Positions 29,973 to 40,271 are shown, counted from the first letter of the stretch. The stretch is DNA of 64,000 nucleotides from Verrucomicrobiota bacterium (GCA_039798785.1 JBDKFG010000019.1:1-64000); one strand, 5' to 3'. A program made the numbers and translations. The notes: generated by a model from the sequence alone, not told the origin.

Positions 29973-31334
29973 TTGCGCCTCAGCTTCCAGAAGCGGATCA
30001 GCCTTCTCTTCGCCCTGAGCTCGCTCGGCTCGGCGCTCGGAGCGGTCCTCGGGCTGGTCGCTGTCCTCAGCTACCAGCGTTACCAGGAAGAGCGGGAGGA
30101 GCTCCGCGAAATCGCCGTCAAGTATCGTGACATCCTCAAGGCCGACCCGGTCCTCGGCGAGGAATCGCGCCGCCGCCTGCCTGAGATCATCAACGCCGAG
30201 CCGGAGCACGAGCCCCTTTCCCTCGCGCTCCTCAGCAAGGAGGGCCGCGTCCTGCAGACCTGGCCCGCAGACTCGCGTGACTGCCGCCGCGTCCTCGAGC
30301 GCTTCGACCATCAGCCTGGCTTCGGCTTCTACCTGCGCCACCACGACGACTGGCTCTTCCATGAGTTCATCCGCGGCGACAACTACGACATCCTGATCGT
30401 CGACAAGCACGACACTCATTTCCTTTCCAGCGCCGGACTGACCCTGCTCTTCCTCCTCCCCTTCCTCATCGTCGCCTGCTACCTCCTCGGCTCCTTCCAC
30501 GCCCGCCGCGTCGTCGAGCCCCTCCAGGCGATCGGCGCCGTCGCCCGCCGCCAGGCCGAAGGCGAGCTCGACGCCCGCATCGCGCAGCCCGGCGGCGGCG
30601 ATGAGATCCAGCGCCTCTGCGACGACCTCAACCACAGCTTCGCCGAGCTGCAGAAGACGCAGCAGACGGTGCGGCGCTTCTCCGCCGACGCCGCCCACGA
30701 GCTGCGCACCCCGATCGCCGCCATCATGGGCAACATCGAAGTCACCCTGTCGCGCCAGCGCTCAGGCGATGACTACCAGGCGGCCTTGGGGGAGACTCTG
30801 GAGGAGCTGCAGCAGCTGAGCCGCATCCTTGACTCGCTGCTCCTGATGACCCGGCCGCGCTCGGTCTACCTGGATTCTTTTCTCAAGGTCGATCCCTGCC
30901 GCATCATCGCCAAGGTTGCCGACGACCTCGATTTCCTCATCGTCGACAAGAATCTCAAGCTCCTCAGCGAATGCCGTGGCGAGCGCCAGATTTCCTGCCT
31001 GCCGACTCTTTTCGAGCGCCTCGTCGCCAATCTCCTTCACAATGCCATCAAGTTCTCCCCGCCGGGTGGCGAAATCCGCCTGGGCTGGGACTCCTCCGGC
31101 AGCCGTGGCCGGCTCGAGATCGAGGACCGCGGCCCAGGCCTGCCTAAGGAAAGCCATCAGCGGATCTTTGAGCCCTTCTACCAGAACGACGCCTCCCGCG
31201 GCCAGAGCGGTGTCGGCCTCGGCCTCGCTTTGGTGAAGTTCATCGCCGAGCTCCACCAGGCCCGCATCGAAGTCTCCCAGGCCTCGCCCCAGGGGCTCAA
31301 GATCAGCGTCGAATTCCCGCTGCCGCCGGCCTAG
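29973..31334 (+). CDS. Sensor histidine kinase (2 TM, HAMP, HisKA, HATPase)
   Basis: FSADAAHELRTP, NLLHNAIKFS, DRGPGL, GVGLGLALV. Confidence 0.95.
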   Translation: MRLSFQKRISLLFALSSLGSALGAVLGLVAVLSYQRYQEEREELREIAVKYRDILKADPVLGEESRRRLPEIINAEPEHEPLSLALLSKEGRVLQTWPADSRDCRRVLERFDHQPGFGFYLRHHDDWLFHEFIRGDNYDILIVDKHDTHFLSSAGLTLLFLLPFLIVACYLLGSFHARRVVEPLQAIGAVARRQAEGELDARIAQPGGGDEIQRLCDDLNHSFAELQKTQQTVRRFSADAAHELRTPIAAIMGNIEVTLSRQRSGDDYQAALGETLEELQQLSRILDSLLLMTRPRSVYLDSFLKVDPCRIIAKVADDLDFLIVDKNLKLLSECRGERQISCLPTLFERLVANLLHNAIKFSPPGGEIRLGWDSSGSRGRLEIEDRGPGLPKESHQRIFEPFYQNDASRGQSGVGLGLALVKFIAELHQARIEVSQASPQGLKISVEFPLPPA

Positions 31335-31372
31335 GCTCATCTCTTCTTGTGCAGCTCATGGGCTTGAGTTTC

Positions 31373-31637
31373 AACCTAAAAACCGCTGCTGAACCTAAAA
31401 ATCGCAGTTGAAAGGTTGGAAGGTTCAAAGGTTGAAAGGATCAGCTAAGCTACAAAAGCAAGAGCTTATGGTGTTCGAGGGCGCTCCTCCGGCTGGCAGT
31501 CATGCAGGTCGAATTAGAATCGTCATTTGTCGCTGTTGTTCATGTATTTGCCTTTCAACCTTCTAACCTTTCAACCCGGTTCCATTCCGCTGCTGCGGAA
31601 TTTAGGTTCATTCAACCCGGTTCTGTGGTTTTAGGCT
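31373..31637. repeat. Nested inverted-repeat (MITE-like) element with CCTAAAAAYCGC ends and GAAAGGTT arms
   Basis: Inner pair gaacctaaaaatcgcag (31391) / ctgcggaatttaggttc (31593); outer pair aacctaaaaaccgc (31373) / gtggttttagg (31626); gaaaggtt arm at 31407..31439 and its complement at 31551..31576. Confidence 0.7.
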
Positions 31638-31640
31638 GAC

Positions 31641-32138
31641 TCACTTCTCGCGCACGTAGATCTGGGCGCATTTCCAGGCGGCGGGCTGCTGGCTCGCGAG
31701 GCGGTTGAGGTAGGCCAGGTTCTTCTCGGTCAAGGGCAGGCCGGTCTTCTTGTCGTAGCCCTCCAGCTCGCCAAGGGAGACAGCATTCTTCAGGGCCTCA
31801 TCGGTCAGATCCTTCAAGACGAAATTCTTGTCCTCGGTCTTCTCGAGCAGGGAGAAGTGCATCTCTTTCTTCTCGGTCTCGGTCCTGGAGAGCAGCAGCA
31901 TCTGGCCGCCGACCAACTCGATCTGTTTCGCCGCGATCGGCCCCATCCCGGGACCCCAGATCAAGAGCCTCGGATCGCCCTTGTCCTGGGCGGCGGTGAC
32001 CGCCACCACGCCTTTCTCCGTCTTCCAGGTGCCGCAGAGATCGGTGTCGGCCTTGGCGCGGGCCCAGGCGGCATCGGCATCCTTCACGGGAGTGCAGGCG
32101 AAGAGGCAGAGTGCGGCGAGAAGGGCGAGGCGGATCAT
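31641..32138 (-). CDS. Hypothetical lipoprotein (paralog A)
   Basis: MIRLALLAALCLFAC lipobox; similar along its length to 32248..32796. Confidence 0.75.
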   Translation of the reverse strand: MIRLALLAALCLFACTPVKDADAAWARAKADTDLCGTWKTEKGVVAVTAAQDKGDPRLLIWGPGMGPIAAKQIELVGGQMLLLSRTETEKKEMHFSLLEKTEDKNFVLKDLTDEALKNAVSLGELEGYDKKTGLPLTEKNLAYLNRLASQQPAAWKCAQIYVREK

Positions 32139-32247
32139 GGGGAATCTCCGGTGGTTGTTGGTTGGTTGATTGAGCAAAGGAGGACAGGCGTCCCGCCTGT
32201 CATTTTCACGGGCGGGACGCCGCGCGTTTGGAAGCTTGAGCCACGAC

Positions 32248-32796
32248 TCACTTCTCCCGGACATAAACCAGGGTCAAGGCATTCCAGGCCGCAGGCTGCT
32301 TGGTCGCGAGGCTATTGAGATAGGTCAGATTCTTGTCGGTCAAGGGAAGGCCGGCCTTCTCGTCGTAGCCCTCAAGTTCGCGACGTGTGACGGCGGTTTT
32401 TAAGGCCTCGTCCGACAAATTCTTCAGGATGATGTTCTTGTCGATGGTCTTTTCCAGCAATAAAAATTTCAGCTCGGGGCCGATGAGATCCAATGCGGCA
32501 CCAAACTGTAGCTCATTGGCATTTTTGCTTGCGCCCTCGCTTTTGATGAGAAGCAGGAATTGACCATCGGGCAGGGGGATGACCTTGGCTGCTATGAGCG
32601 GCTGTTGCGTTTGCCAGATCAGCAGTCTCGGATTGTCCTTGTCCTGCGACAGGGTGACCGCGATCGCGGCTTTATCCCCCTTCCAAGTGCCGCAAAGGCT
32701 TTCATCGACCTTGGCGCGGGCCCAGGCGGCTTCGGCGTCCTTGACCGGAGTGCAGGCGAAGAGGGACAGAGCGACGAGAAGGGCGAGGCGTAGCAT
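32248..32796 (-). CDS. Hypothetical lipoprotein (paralog B)
   Basis: MLRLALLVALSLFAC lipobox; shares CTPVKDA.AAWARAK, LCGTWK, ELEGYD.K.GLPLT.KNL.YLN.LA and YVREK with paralog A. Confidence 0.75.
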   Translation of the reverse strand: MLRLALLVALSLFACTPVKDAEAAWARAKVDESLCGTWKGDKAAIAVTLSQDKDNPRLLIWQTQQPLIAAKVIPLPDGQFLLLIKSEGASKNANELQFGAALDLIGPELKFLLLEKTIDKNIILKNLSDEALKTAVTRRELEGYDEKAGLPLTDKNLTYLNSLATKQPAAWNALTLVYVREK

Positions 32797-32933
32797 CGGG
32801 CAGCTCCGGGGTTTTCGATTGCTGTTTCTGGACCGCTGACAGAATCAGCCGTTTAGGAATTTTTGCTGAGTGCAATTCTCTCTCAGAATTGTAGTCGGCT
32901 GGAACAGCTTGACCGGGACGCCCGCGCTCCTTT

Positions 32934-33791
32934 TTACAGTCCGCCGCGCTTGAGCAGCGGCGCGTAGGCGTCGATGCGGCGGTCGCGAAAGAAGGGCCAC
33001 ATGGAGCGGCGGGCGCGCAGGGCGGTGAGGTCGACTTCGGCGATCAGGACTTCCTCTTTGTCGGTGGAGGCCTTGGCGACGATTTCGCCGCATTCGTCGG
33101 CGACGAAGCTGCGGCCCCAGAAGGTGATCGGCGCCTCGGTATCGACGCGGTTGACGGCGGCGTACCAGACGCCGTTGGCGACGGCGTGGCCGCGCTGCAC
33201 CGTCTCCCAGGCGGCGTGCTGGCGGGCGTGTTGATCCTCTTCGCCGGGGATCCAGCCGATGGCGGTGGGGACGAGGATGATTTCGGCGCCGGCGAGGGCG
33301 ACGGCGCGGGCCGATTCGGGGTACCACTGGTCCCAGCAGATGATGACGCCGAGGCGGCCGAAGCGGGTGTTCCAGACCGGGAAGCCGAGGTCGCCGGGGG
33401 CGAAGTAGAACTTCTCTTCGAAGTAGGGGTCTTGGGGGATGTGGTTCTTGCGATATTTGCCGAGGAAGGAGCCGTCAGCGTCGATGACCACCGAGGTGTT
33501 GTAGGTGAGTCCGGGCATGGCTTCCTCGAAGAGCGAGCCGACGATGACGACGCCGTGCTTCTTCGCCGCTTCCATCAGCGCGGAAGTGCTCGGGCCGGGG
33601 ATGACTTCGGCGCGCTTGAGGAGCTCGGGGTCCTGGGTGCGGCAGAAATAATCGCCCATGAAGAGCTCCTGGGTGCAGACGACGTTGGCCCCCTTGGCAG
33701 CGGCCTCGGCGATCAGGCGGAGGGTCTGCTTGAGGTTTTCGGGGCCGGAGCCGTAGTCGCGGCTTTGGAGCAGGGCGAGTTTGACTTTCAT
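32934..33791 (-). CDS. aguB: Carbon-nitrogen hydrolase, N-carbamoylputrescine amidase-like
   Basis: TQELF, GKYRKNHIP, EKFYFAPGD, ICWDQWYPE, PTAIGW, QRGHAVAN, PFFRDRR. Confidence 0.85.
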   Translation of the reverse strand: MKVKLALLQSRDYGSGPENLKQTLRLIAEAAAKGANVVCTQELFMGDYFCRTQDPELLKRAEVIPGPSTSALMEAAKKHGVVIVGSLFEEAMPGLTYNTSVVIDADGSFLGKYRKNHIPQDPYFEEKFYFAPGDLGFPVWNTRFGRLGVIICWDQWYPESARAVALAGAEIILVPTAIGWIPGEEDQHARQHAAWETVQRGHAVANGVWYAAVNRVDTEAPITFWGRSFVADECGEIVAKASTDKEEVLIAEVDLTALRARRSMWPFFRDRRIDAYAPLLKRGGL

Positions 33792-34099
33792 GGGGTGATT
33801 CCTGATGGGTTGCGTCGGCCGCGAATATAGAGGGTCAAGCGCCGGCCGCGAGGGTCGATCCGCACTCGGCGTAAAAGCACCCTTGCGGCGATCGCAGAGT
33901 TTTGCAGACCGGAATGGCGGCCCGCACCAGGCCAGGCGATGGTGCATGATCGCATTCTGGCGCTACTGGGCACCAGTCAGGCGCTTGCAGGACTCGCGCA
34001 CCGGACGGAATCGTTCATCGAGGGGACATGCGGCCAAACTCACTCCGTGCTCCAGGCGGAAGGCTTGCGTCGCCGAATTTGTGTTCGAATCTGGGGCTC

Positions 34100-35119
34100 T
34101 CAAGGAGTGTGTACGATCACGACGCGTACGCCGATTGCATTCCAATAATTATCCGATTTGTAGCCGCCTCGACGAGCAGAACGGAATGACAATTCGGTTG
34201 GTATCATACCATAAAAATCACCACGGATGCAGCGATGGAGCGAATCCGGAGCCGCTATCGGCTGGCTCGGACCGCGGTAGAGAGAACGCTGAAATCCATC
34301 TTCGCACCACTGGCTGACATTCCCCATCATATCAAACAGGCCCCAAGCATTGGCTCGCTTTTCCCCGACCGGATGGGTGTGTCCGCCGCTGTTGCGTGCA
34401 TGCCAGGCGATGGCATCCAATTCGCCATAGAGCCTGCCGCTGGTCCCGGCGCGACAGGCGTATTCCCATTCCGCTTCAGTGGGCAGGCGATAGATCCAGC
34501 CTTCAGGCAAGCGACCGGCTTGCTGCTCCTGCAAAGTCAGCTTTTTGCAGAATTCCTGGCAGTCGTGCCAATTGACGTTCTCTACCGGGCGTCTGGGGCT
34601 GTCCTCCTGGTCTTTGAATCGCGAGGGATTGTTACCCATCACGGCCTGCCATTGTGCTTGAGTGACGGTGGTACGCCCCATCAGGAAAGCACGGGGCAAG
34701 GTGACTTCATGCTGGGCTTCCCCATTCTCATTCCTCCCTTTTTCATCCTCTGGCGAGCCCATGATGAAGCTGCCGCGAGGAACAAACATCAGTTCGATTT
34801 TCTGACCGTCGGTGTATTTGTCGCCGACCTTGAGGCAGTGGGCCCAGACGATGCCGGCTTTGAGCTGTTCACGGGCCCAGACCGAAATCTCCGGATCGCG
34901 GTCGTCGCGGAAGGCGTCGAGGGCGGGTAGCGCCGCCGTACCGAGCGCTTCCAAGGCTTTTTTCGCCGCGAGTCTTTCTGATGGGCTGCCATGCTGGATC
35001 TTCTCAATCAAAGTCCCGACCTCTGCCTTGAGCTCCCTCTCGGTTCGGGCTGACGCGGGGGCGGGGCTGAGTGGTGCGGCATCAGCAAGGAAAAGGACGA
35101 GAGTGAGGGCGGTGATCAT
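34100..35119 (-). CDS. Secreted FGE-sulfatase (SUMF1/C-type-lectin fold) domain protein with an N-terminal helical domain
   Basis: GSFIMGSP, VTQAQWQAVMGNNPS, PVENVNW, RLPTEAEWEYACRAG, NAWGLFDMMGNVSQWC. The FGE catalytic Cys pair is not evident. Confidence 0.88.
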   Translation of the reverse strand: MITALTLVLFLADAAPLSPAPASARTERELKAEVGTLIEKIQHGSPSERLAAKKALEALGTAALPALDAFRDDRDPEISVWAREQLKAGIVWAHCLKVGDKYTDGQKIELMFVPRGSFIMGSPEDEKGRNENGEAQHEVTLPRAFLMGRTTVTQAQWQAVMGNNPSRFKDQEDSPRRPVENVNWHDCQEFCKKLTLQEQQAGRLPEGWIYRLPTEAEWEYACRAGTSGRLYGELDAIAWHARNSGGHTHPVGEKRANAWGLFDMMGNVSQWCEDGFQRSLYRGPSQPIAAPDSLHRCIRGDFYGMIPTELSFRSARRGGYKSDNYWNAIGVRVVIVHTP

Positions 35120-35188
35120 GAATGGGGGGGCTCCGTTCATCAATAGTCTACGATCTTGGGCGGGTCGAAGCAAGTTTCCGGAGAAGAG

Positions 35189-35222
35189 AAAACCCCCGGG
35201 CCTCATCGGCGCGGGGGTTTTT
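35189..35222. terminator. Terminator downstream of fba (bidirectional shape)
   Basis: aaaacccccg ... cgggggtttt stem with A/T tracts on both sides. Confidence 0.8.
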
Positions 35223-35243
35223 GCGCTTGACGCGAACTTCGGC

Positions 35244-36293
35244 TTAGAGGCCGCCGTTGGAGTAGAAGCGGGCGAGGTCGGCGAGGGTCTGCTGACGGAT
35301 CTTCGAGGCCTGACCGGCCTGGCCGAACTGGGTCATGCGGAGCTTGCAGATCTCTTTCATGGCGTCGCGCGAGGGCTTGAGGTATTCGCGGGGGTCGAAC
35401 TTCTCGGGGCCTTCGGTGAGGACTTTGCGGATCGCGGCGGTGATCGCCATGCGGTTGTCGGTGTCGACGTTGATCTTGCGGACGCCGATCTTGATGGCTT
35501 TCTGGATCTCTTCGACCGGGGTGCCCCAGGTGGGCTTCATCTTGCCGCCGTACTTGTTGATCAGGTCCTGGAGTTCCTGGGGAACCGAGGAGGCGCCGTG
35601 CATCACCAGGTGGGTGTTGGGGAGCTTCTTGTGGATCTTGGCGATGGTGTCGATCGAGAGGACGGCGCCGTCGGGCTTCTTGGTGAACTTGTAGGCGCCG
35701 TGCGAGGTGCCGATGGCGACGGCGAGCGAGTCGAGCTTGGTGCGGGCGACGAAGTCGGCGGCCTGATCGGGGTCGGTGAGGAGCTGGGCGTGGCAGAGCT
35801 TGCCGACGGCGCCGTGGCCGTCTTCCTGTTCGCCTTCGCCGTGCTCGAGCGAGCCGAGGCAGCCGAGTTCGCCTTCGACCGAGACGCCTTTGGCGTGGGC
35901 GGCGTCGACGACGGCGCGGGTGACCTTGACGTTGTATTCGTAGTCGGCAGGGGTCTTGCCGTCTTCATGGAGCGAGCCGTCCATCATGACCGAGGTGAAG
36001 CCGTCGTTGATGGCGCTGACGCAGGTTTCGACGCCGTTGCCGTGGTCGAGGTGCATGGCGATGGGGATTTGGGGGTAGAGCTCGGCGGCGGCGAGCATGA
36101 GGTGGCGCAGGTAGTTGTTCTGGGCGTAGGCGCGGGCACCGCGGGAGGCCTGGATGATGACCGGCGAGTCGGTCTCGGCGGCGGCCATCATGATCGACTG
36201 GATCTGTTCCATGTTGTTGACGTTGAGAGCGACGAGGCCGTAGCCGTTTTCGGCGGCGTGGTCGAGAAGGATGCGGGTCGGGACGAGGGCCAT
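35244..36293 (-). CDS. fba: Class II fructose-bisphosphate aldolase
   Basis: [53 protein letters not shown]. Confidence 0.97.
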   Translation of the reverse strand: MALVPTRILLDHAAENGYGLVALNVNNMEQIQSIMMAAAETDSPVIIQASRGARAYAQNNYLRHLMLAAAELYPQIPIAMHLDHGNGVETCVSAINDGFTSVMMDGSLHEDGKTPADYEYNVKVTRAVVDAAHAKGVSVEGELGCLGSLEHGEGEQEDGHGAVGKLCHAQLLTDPDQAADFVARTKLDSLAVAIGTSHGAYKFTKKPDGAVLSIDTIAKIHKKLPNTHLVMHGASSVPQELQDLINKYGGKMKPTWGTPVEEIQKAIKIGVRKINVDTDNRMAITAAIRKVLTEGPEKFDPREYLKPSRDAMKEICKLRMTQFGQAGQASKIRQQTLADLARFYSNGGL

Positions 36294-36416
36294 GGTGTCT
36301 TCCTTAGGTTCTGGGGTGACTCAAAGAGTGTGGCGCAGACAATATGCGGCTCCGGGCCGAGTGCCAATTCTTGTGACTGGGTTTCGCGGAACTTCCTGTG
36401 GCAGAAAGTGCCATTT

Positions 36417-37250
36417 TCATCCCAGCGCCTGGTTCAGTGCCTCGCGCATGGCTTCGAGCGGGGGGGGGCGGCCGGTCCAGATCTCCCAGGCGCGGGCGCC
36501 TTGGTGCAGGAGCATGCCGCGGCCGTCGCAGGTGGCGCAGCCGAGGGCGCTGGCGGCCCGGCGGAAGGGGGTCATGCCGTAGATCATGTCGCAAACCAGC
36601 TGGTAGGAGGAGAGGAGGCCGGGGTCCATCGGCATCGGGTCGTCGGGCTTGAGGCCGAGGCTGGTGCATTGGATGACCAGGTCGTGCTCCCCGACGATTT
36701 CGCGGCTGAGGGAATGCTGGCTCAGCGCCTGGCTGCGGCAATTCGCGCCGGAGGCGGCGATGGCGGCGCAGATCGCCTCGGCCTTGTCGAGGCTGCGGTT
36801 GGCGACGCTGATCCGGGCGGCGCCGGCCAAAGCGAAATGCAGGGCGACAGCACTGGCGGCGCCGCCGGCGCCGACGAAGAGGATCGAGGCGCCATCGCAG
36901 GAGAAGCCCAGCTCTTCCTTCAAAGCCATCCGGAGGCCGTAGCCGTCGGTGCTGAAGCCAGCGAGGCGGCCGTCGGGCAGGACCTTGACGGTGTTGACAC
37001 TGCCGGCGAGGCGGGCTTCGGGATCGATTTCGGCGAGGTGCTTGAGGATGGCGTTTTTGTGCGGCACGGTGCAATTCCAGCCGCGGAATCCGTCGCTGAC
37101 GAGTTGCGGGATGCGTGCGTCGAAGGCTTCGGGCTCGCAGGGGATGAGCTGGTAATCGGCGTCGATGCCGGCGGCGGCAAAGGCGGCTTGGTGCATCACC
37201 GGGGATTTGCTGTGGGCCACCGGCCAGCCCATGACTCCGTATCGATCCAT
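36417..37250 (-). CDS. aroE: Shikimate dehydrogenase
   Basis: HSKSPVMH, NCTVPHK, SVNT, STDG, GAGGAA, NRS, GRGMLLHQG. Confidence 0.95.
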   Translation of the reverse strand: MDRYGVMGWPVAHSKSPVMHQAAFAAAGIDADYQLIPCEPEAFDARIPQLVSDGFRGWNCTVPHKNAILKHLAEIDPEARLAGSVNTVKVLPDGRLAGFSTDGYGLRMALKEELGFSCDGASILFVGAGGAASAVALHFALAGAARISVANRSLDKAEAICAAIAASGANCRSQALSQHSLSREIVGEHDLVIQCTSLGLKPDDPMPMDPGLLSSYQLVCDMIYGMTPFRRAASALGCATCDGRGMLLHQGARAWEIWTGRPPPLEAMREALNQALG

Positions 37251-37300
37251 GAAAAGAGGCTCCTGAGAGTTTTGAGTTTTGAAGCGGGGCCGATCGCCTT

Positions 37301-37747
37301 TCAGCGCCGTTTCGAATCAAGGACCAGGGTGAAGGGGCCGTCGTTGACCAGCTCGACCTGCATGTCGGCGCCGAAAACGCCGAAGCCGCAGGGGAGGGAA
37401 GAGGCGCTCAGGCGCTCCTGGAAAACCGCCCAGAGTCGGCGCGCTTCGTCGGGCGGCGCGGCGGCATCGAGGCTGGGTCGGCGGCCGCGGTGGGCATCGG
37501 CGAGGAGGGTGAATTGCGGCACCGCCAGGATGGCGGCGCCGGCGGCGGCGGCATCGAGGTTGGTCTTGCCTTCCGCATCGGCGAAGATCCGCAGCTCTGC
37601 CAGCCGCTTCAGGAGCCATTCGGCGTCGGCCTCGCCGTCTCCGCGGGCGATGCCGACGAGCAGGACCAGGCCGCGGCAGATCCGGCCGGTCTCGACGCCG
37701 TCGCAGGTGACGGAGGCGCGTGTGCATCTTTGCAGGACGGCGATCAT
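37301..37747 (-). CDS. dtd: D-aminoacyl-tRNA deacylase
   Basis: MIAVLQRC..ASV, LRIF, PQFTL, GRRPS, FGADMQVELVNDGPFT. Confidence 0.95.
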   Translation of the reverse strand: MIAVLQRCTRASVTCDGVETGRICRGLVLLVGIARGDGEADAEWLLKRLAELRIFADAEGKTNLDAAAAGAAILAVPQFTLLADAHRGRRPSLDAAAPPDEARRLWAVFQERLSASSLPCGFGVFGADMQVELVNDGPFTLVLDSKRR

Positions 37748-37758
37748 GGGGGACCGGC

Positions 37759-38736
37759 TCAGGTCGCTTCGCAGGACTTGAAATACTCGATCGTCTTGAC
37801 CAGGCCTTCGCGCAAGGGGATCTTCGGCTCCCAGGCCAGGAGCTGGCGGGCGAGGCTGATGTCGGGGCGGCGACGGCTCGGGTCGTCTTTCGGCAGAGGG
37901 CGCTTTTCGATCTTCGAGGCGCTGCCGGTGAGCTCGAGGATCTGCTGGGCCAGCTCGAGCATGGTGAACTCGCCGGGATTGCCGAGGTTGATCGGCGACT
38001 CGGGAGCCTGGCCGAGATCCATCACCTTGAGGAAGCCGGCGATGAGATCGTCGACATAACAGAAGGAGCGGCTCTGCTGGCCGTCGCCGTAGATGGTGAC
38101 GGAACGTCCCTGCAGGGCCTGGACGATGAAATTTGAGATGACGCGGCCGTCGTCAGGGTGCATCCTGGGGCCGTAGGTGTTGAAGATGCGGACGACGCGG
38201 ACATCGGTGCCGCGGCTGCGGCGGAAGTCGAGGCAGAGGGCTTCGGCGGCGCGCTTGCCTTCATCGTAGCAGGAGCGGATGCCGATGGGATTGACGTGAC
38301 CCCAGTAGGATTCGGGCTGCGGGTGGACCTGGGGATCGCCGTAGACTTCCGAGGTCGAGGCCTGGAAGAGGGGTATGCCGAGGCGCGAGGCGAGCTCGAG
38401 GAGGTTGATCGAGCCGAGGACGCTGGTCTTCATGGTGAAGACGGGATCATGCTGGTAGTGCGGCGGCGAGGCGGGGCAGGCGAGGTTCCAGATGAAGTCG
38501 GCCTGCAGGTCGATCGGGTGGATGACGTCGTGCCGGATGATTTCGAGCTGCGGATTGCCGAGCTGGTGGGCGAGGTTGCTGTGGCGGCCGGTGAAGAAGT
38601 TGTCGACGCAGAGGATGCGTTCGCCGCGGGCGAGGAGCTTGTCGATCAGGTGCGAGCCGAGGAAGCCGGCGCCGCCGGCGACGAGGTGGGTGCGGTTCTT
38701 GCCGTAGGCGCGGTCGGAGCGGGCGGAGCGGGTCAT
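37759..38736 (-). CDS. UDP-glucuronate decarboxylase (UDP-xylose synthase) family SDR
   Basis: [56 protein letters not shown]. Confidence 0.95.
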   Translation of the reverse strand: MTRSARSDRAYGKNRTHLVAGGAGFLGSHLIDKLLARGERILCVDNFFTGRHSNLAHQLGNPQLEIIRHDVIHPIDLQADFIWNLACPASPPHYQHDPVFTMKTSVLGSINLLELASRLGIPLFQASTSEVYGDPQVHPQPESYWGHVNPIGIRSCYDEGKRAAEALCLDFRRSRGTDVRVVRIFNTYGPRMHPDDGRVISNFIVQALQGRSVTIYGDGQQSRSFCYVDDLIAGFLKVMDLGQAPESPINLGNPGEFTMLELAQQILELTGSASKIEKRPLPKDDPSRRRPDISLARQLLAWEPKIPLREGLVKTIEYFKSCEAT

Positions 38737-38775
38737 GGAGGCCTCTTGGGTATGGGCGAATGGAAAGAGTCGGGA

Positions 38776-39114
38776 TCAGGGGGCCTGGATGGCCTTTTCG
38801 TCCCATACGGCTTCGCAGGACTCTTGCCAGCCGGGGAAGTTCCAGGTGTTGGGGAAGCCGGAGCATTGGATCGGCTTGACCTCTTGGATCCGGCAGACGT
38901 TCTTGCCTTCCAGGAAGATGCAGGACTGGTCCGATTCCTTCATGATCAGGGTCAGGCCGCGGCGGTCGTAGGTGACCTCGCAATACTGCTCGATGAAGTC
39001 GAGCGGCTTCATCCCGAGAAAGGCGGCGATCTTGTCGATCTCCGGCTCCGACACCCGGACCACGCCGGGCCAGCGGCAGCAATTGCCGCAGCGCTGACAC
39101 ATCCACTTGCCCAT
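38776..39114 (-). CDS. YkgJ-family cysteine-cluster protein
   Basis: CQRCGNCC, CIFL, CRIQEVKPIQCSGFP; GGAG upstream of the ATG at 39114. Confidence 0.88.
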   Translation of the reverse strand: MGKWMCQRCGNCCRWPGVVRVSEPEIDKIAAFLGMKPLDFIEQYCEVTYDRRGLTLIMKESDQSCIFLEGKNVCRIQEVKPIQCSGFPNTWNFPGWQESCEAVWDEKAIQAP

Positions 39115-39266
39115 CTCGACACTCCGCTGTTTTTTCTGCCGCAAAAGATACGCGGGAAACGGCGGCTGGCGAGGGCTCGCAAAATCGCCGCCGCGGCTTC
39201 GTTTATGGCGCGTCTCAACTCCGATCGAGTCCAGCGCCTTCAAATCCAGACCATAAGGAAATCCTG

Positions 39267-40109
39267 ATGATGAAATCCTTTTTCGCCTCCTTGCTTGTCG
39301 CCGGCAGCGTCCTGAGCGCCGGAGAGGACGCCGCACTGCAGTCCGTCGCCCTCAACGATCCCGCAAACACCGAGGTCAAGACCGGGAAGGCCGCCACCCG
39401 CGAAGCCTTGGCCAAGCGCCAGGCCGCCCTCGGCCACGCCGAGACCACGGTGACGGTGGAAGTGACGGTCAACGGCCAGCCGCAGCCGGCCCAGGAGCAG
39501 CGCGCCAAGCTGCCGGCGACCTTCATCTCCGCTCAAGGCATGGCCATAGGCACCTTGCCCAACCCCAAGGCCAACGGCGCGCCTCCAGGCATGGACATCA
39601 AGTTCAACACCACCTTGAAGGACATCAATCTTCTCACCTCCGACGGCGTCGAGATTCCTGCCCGCCTCGTCCTCAAGGACGAAGAGACCGGCATCGCCTT
39701 CTTCGCTCCGCTGAAGCCACTTGACAAGGCCGTCAGCTTCGTCGACTTGTCCCGTCCCGGAGCCGAGCCGGCCGTGCTCGACGAACTCTATCTTCAGCTC
39801 CGTACCGACGAGAAGATGTTCAACACCGTCATCACCCAGGCCTTCCGGATCACCGGTGCGGTCACCGCCCCCCGCAAGCTCTGGCTGATGCAAGGCGGCG
39901 CCCCCAGCGGCGTCATCGTCAGCGACGCCCAGGGCCAGCCGGTCGGGGTGATCGCCGAACAGAGCAATGTTCCGGTCGTCCTGCCTTTGAGCAAGCTCGC
40001 CAAGCTGATCGTCCAGGCCGAGGCCGAAGCCGCCAAGCCGGCCGAAGTGGCAAAAACCCCTGAGAACAAGGATGTTGAGCCGAAGGCCGAAGGGGCGCCC
40101 AAGCCCTGA
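39267..40109 (+). CDS. Secreted hypothetical protein, possibly a degenerate trypsin-like fold
   Basis: Signal peptide. IPARLVLKDEETGIAFF and VSDAQGQPVGV echo S1C proteases, but no catalytic H or S motif is visible. Confidence 0.6.
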   Translation: MMKSFFASLLVAGSVLSAGEDAALQSVALNDPANTEVKTGKAATREALAKRQAALGHAETTVTVEVTVNGQPQPAQEQRAKLPATFISAQGMAIGTLPNPKANGAPPGMDIKFNTTLKDINLLTSDGVEIPARLVLKDEETGIAFFAPLKPLDKAVSFVDLSRPGAEPAVLDELYLQLRTDEKMFNTVITQAFRITGAVTAPRKLWLMQGGAPSGVIVSDAQGQPVGVIAEQSNVPVVLPLSKLAKLIVQAEAEAAKPAEVAKTPENKDVEPKAEGAPKP

Positions 40110-40155
40110 GAGGGGGGCACTTCGGGGAAATCTCGAAAAAAGTCGTCAAAGCGAC

Positions 40156-40183
40156 TTGCGGGATTTCCAGAAGCCAGTATTCT
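40156..40183 (+). promoter_or_regulatory. Putative sigma70 promoter for the tRNA pair
   Basis: TTGCGG-16 nt-TATTCT, 12 bp before the first tRNA. Confidence 0.45.
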
Positions 40184-40195
40184 CTGGACCGCGCT

Positions 40196-40271
40196 GCGAG
40201 TGTAGCTCAGTTGGTAGAGCGTTACCTTGCCAAGGTAATTGTCGTGAGTTCGAATCTCATCACTCGCTCCA
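40196..40271 (+). tRNA. tRNA-Gly(GCC)
   Basis: 76-nt cloverleaf GCGAGTG...CACTCGC-T-CCA; anticodon arm TTACC-TTGCCAA-GGTAA; TTCGAAT T-loop. Confidence 0.97.

Noticed and set aside
34100..35119. Formylglycine-generating enzyme that matures the sulfatases
   Set aside because: The catalytic Cys pair is not evident and the protein has a signal peptide, so it is more likely a non-catalytic FGE-fold protein.
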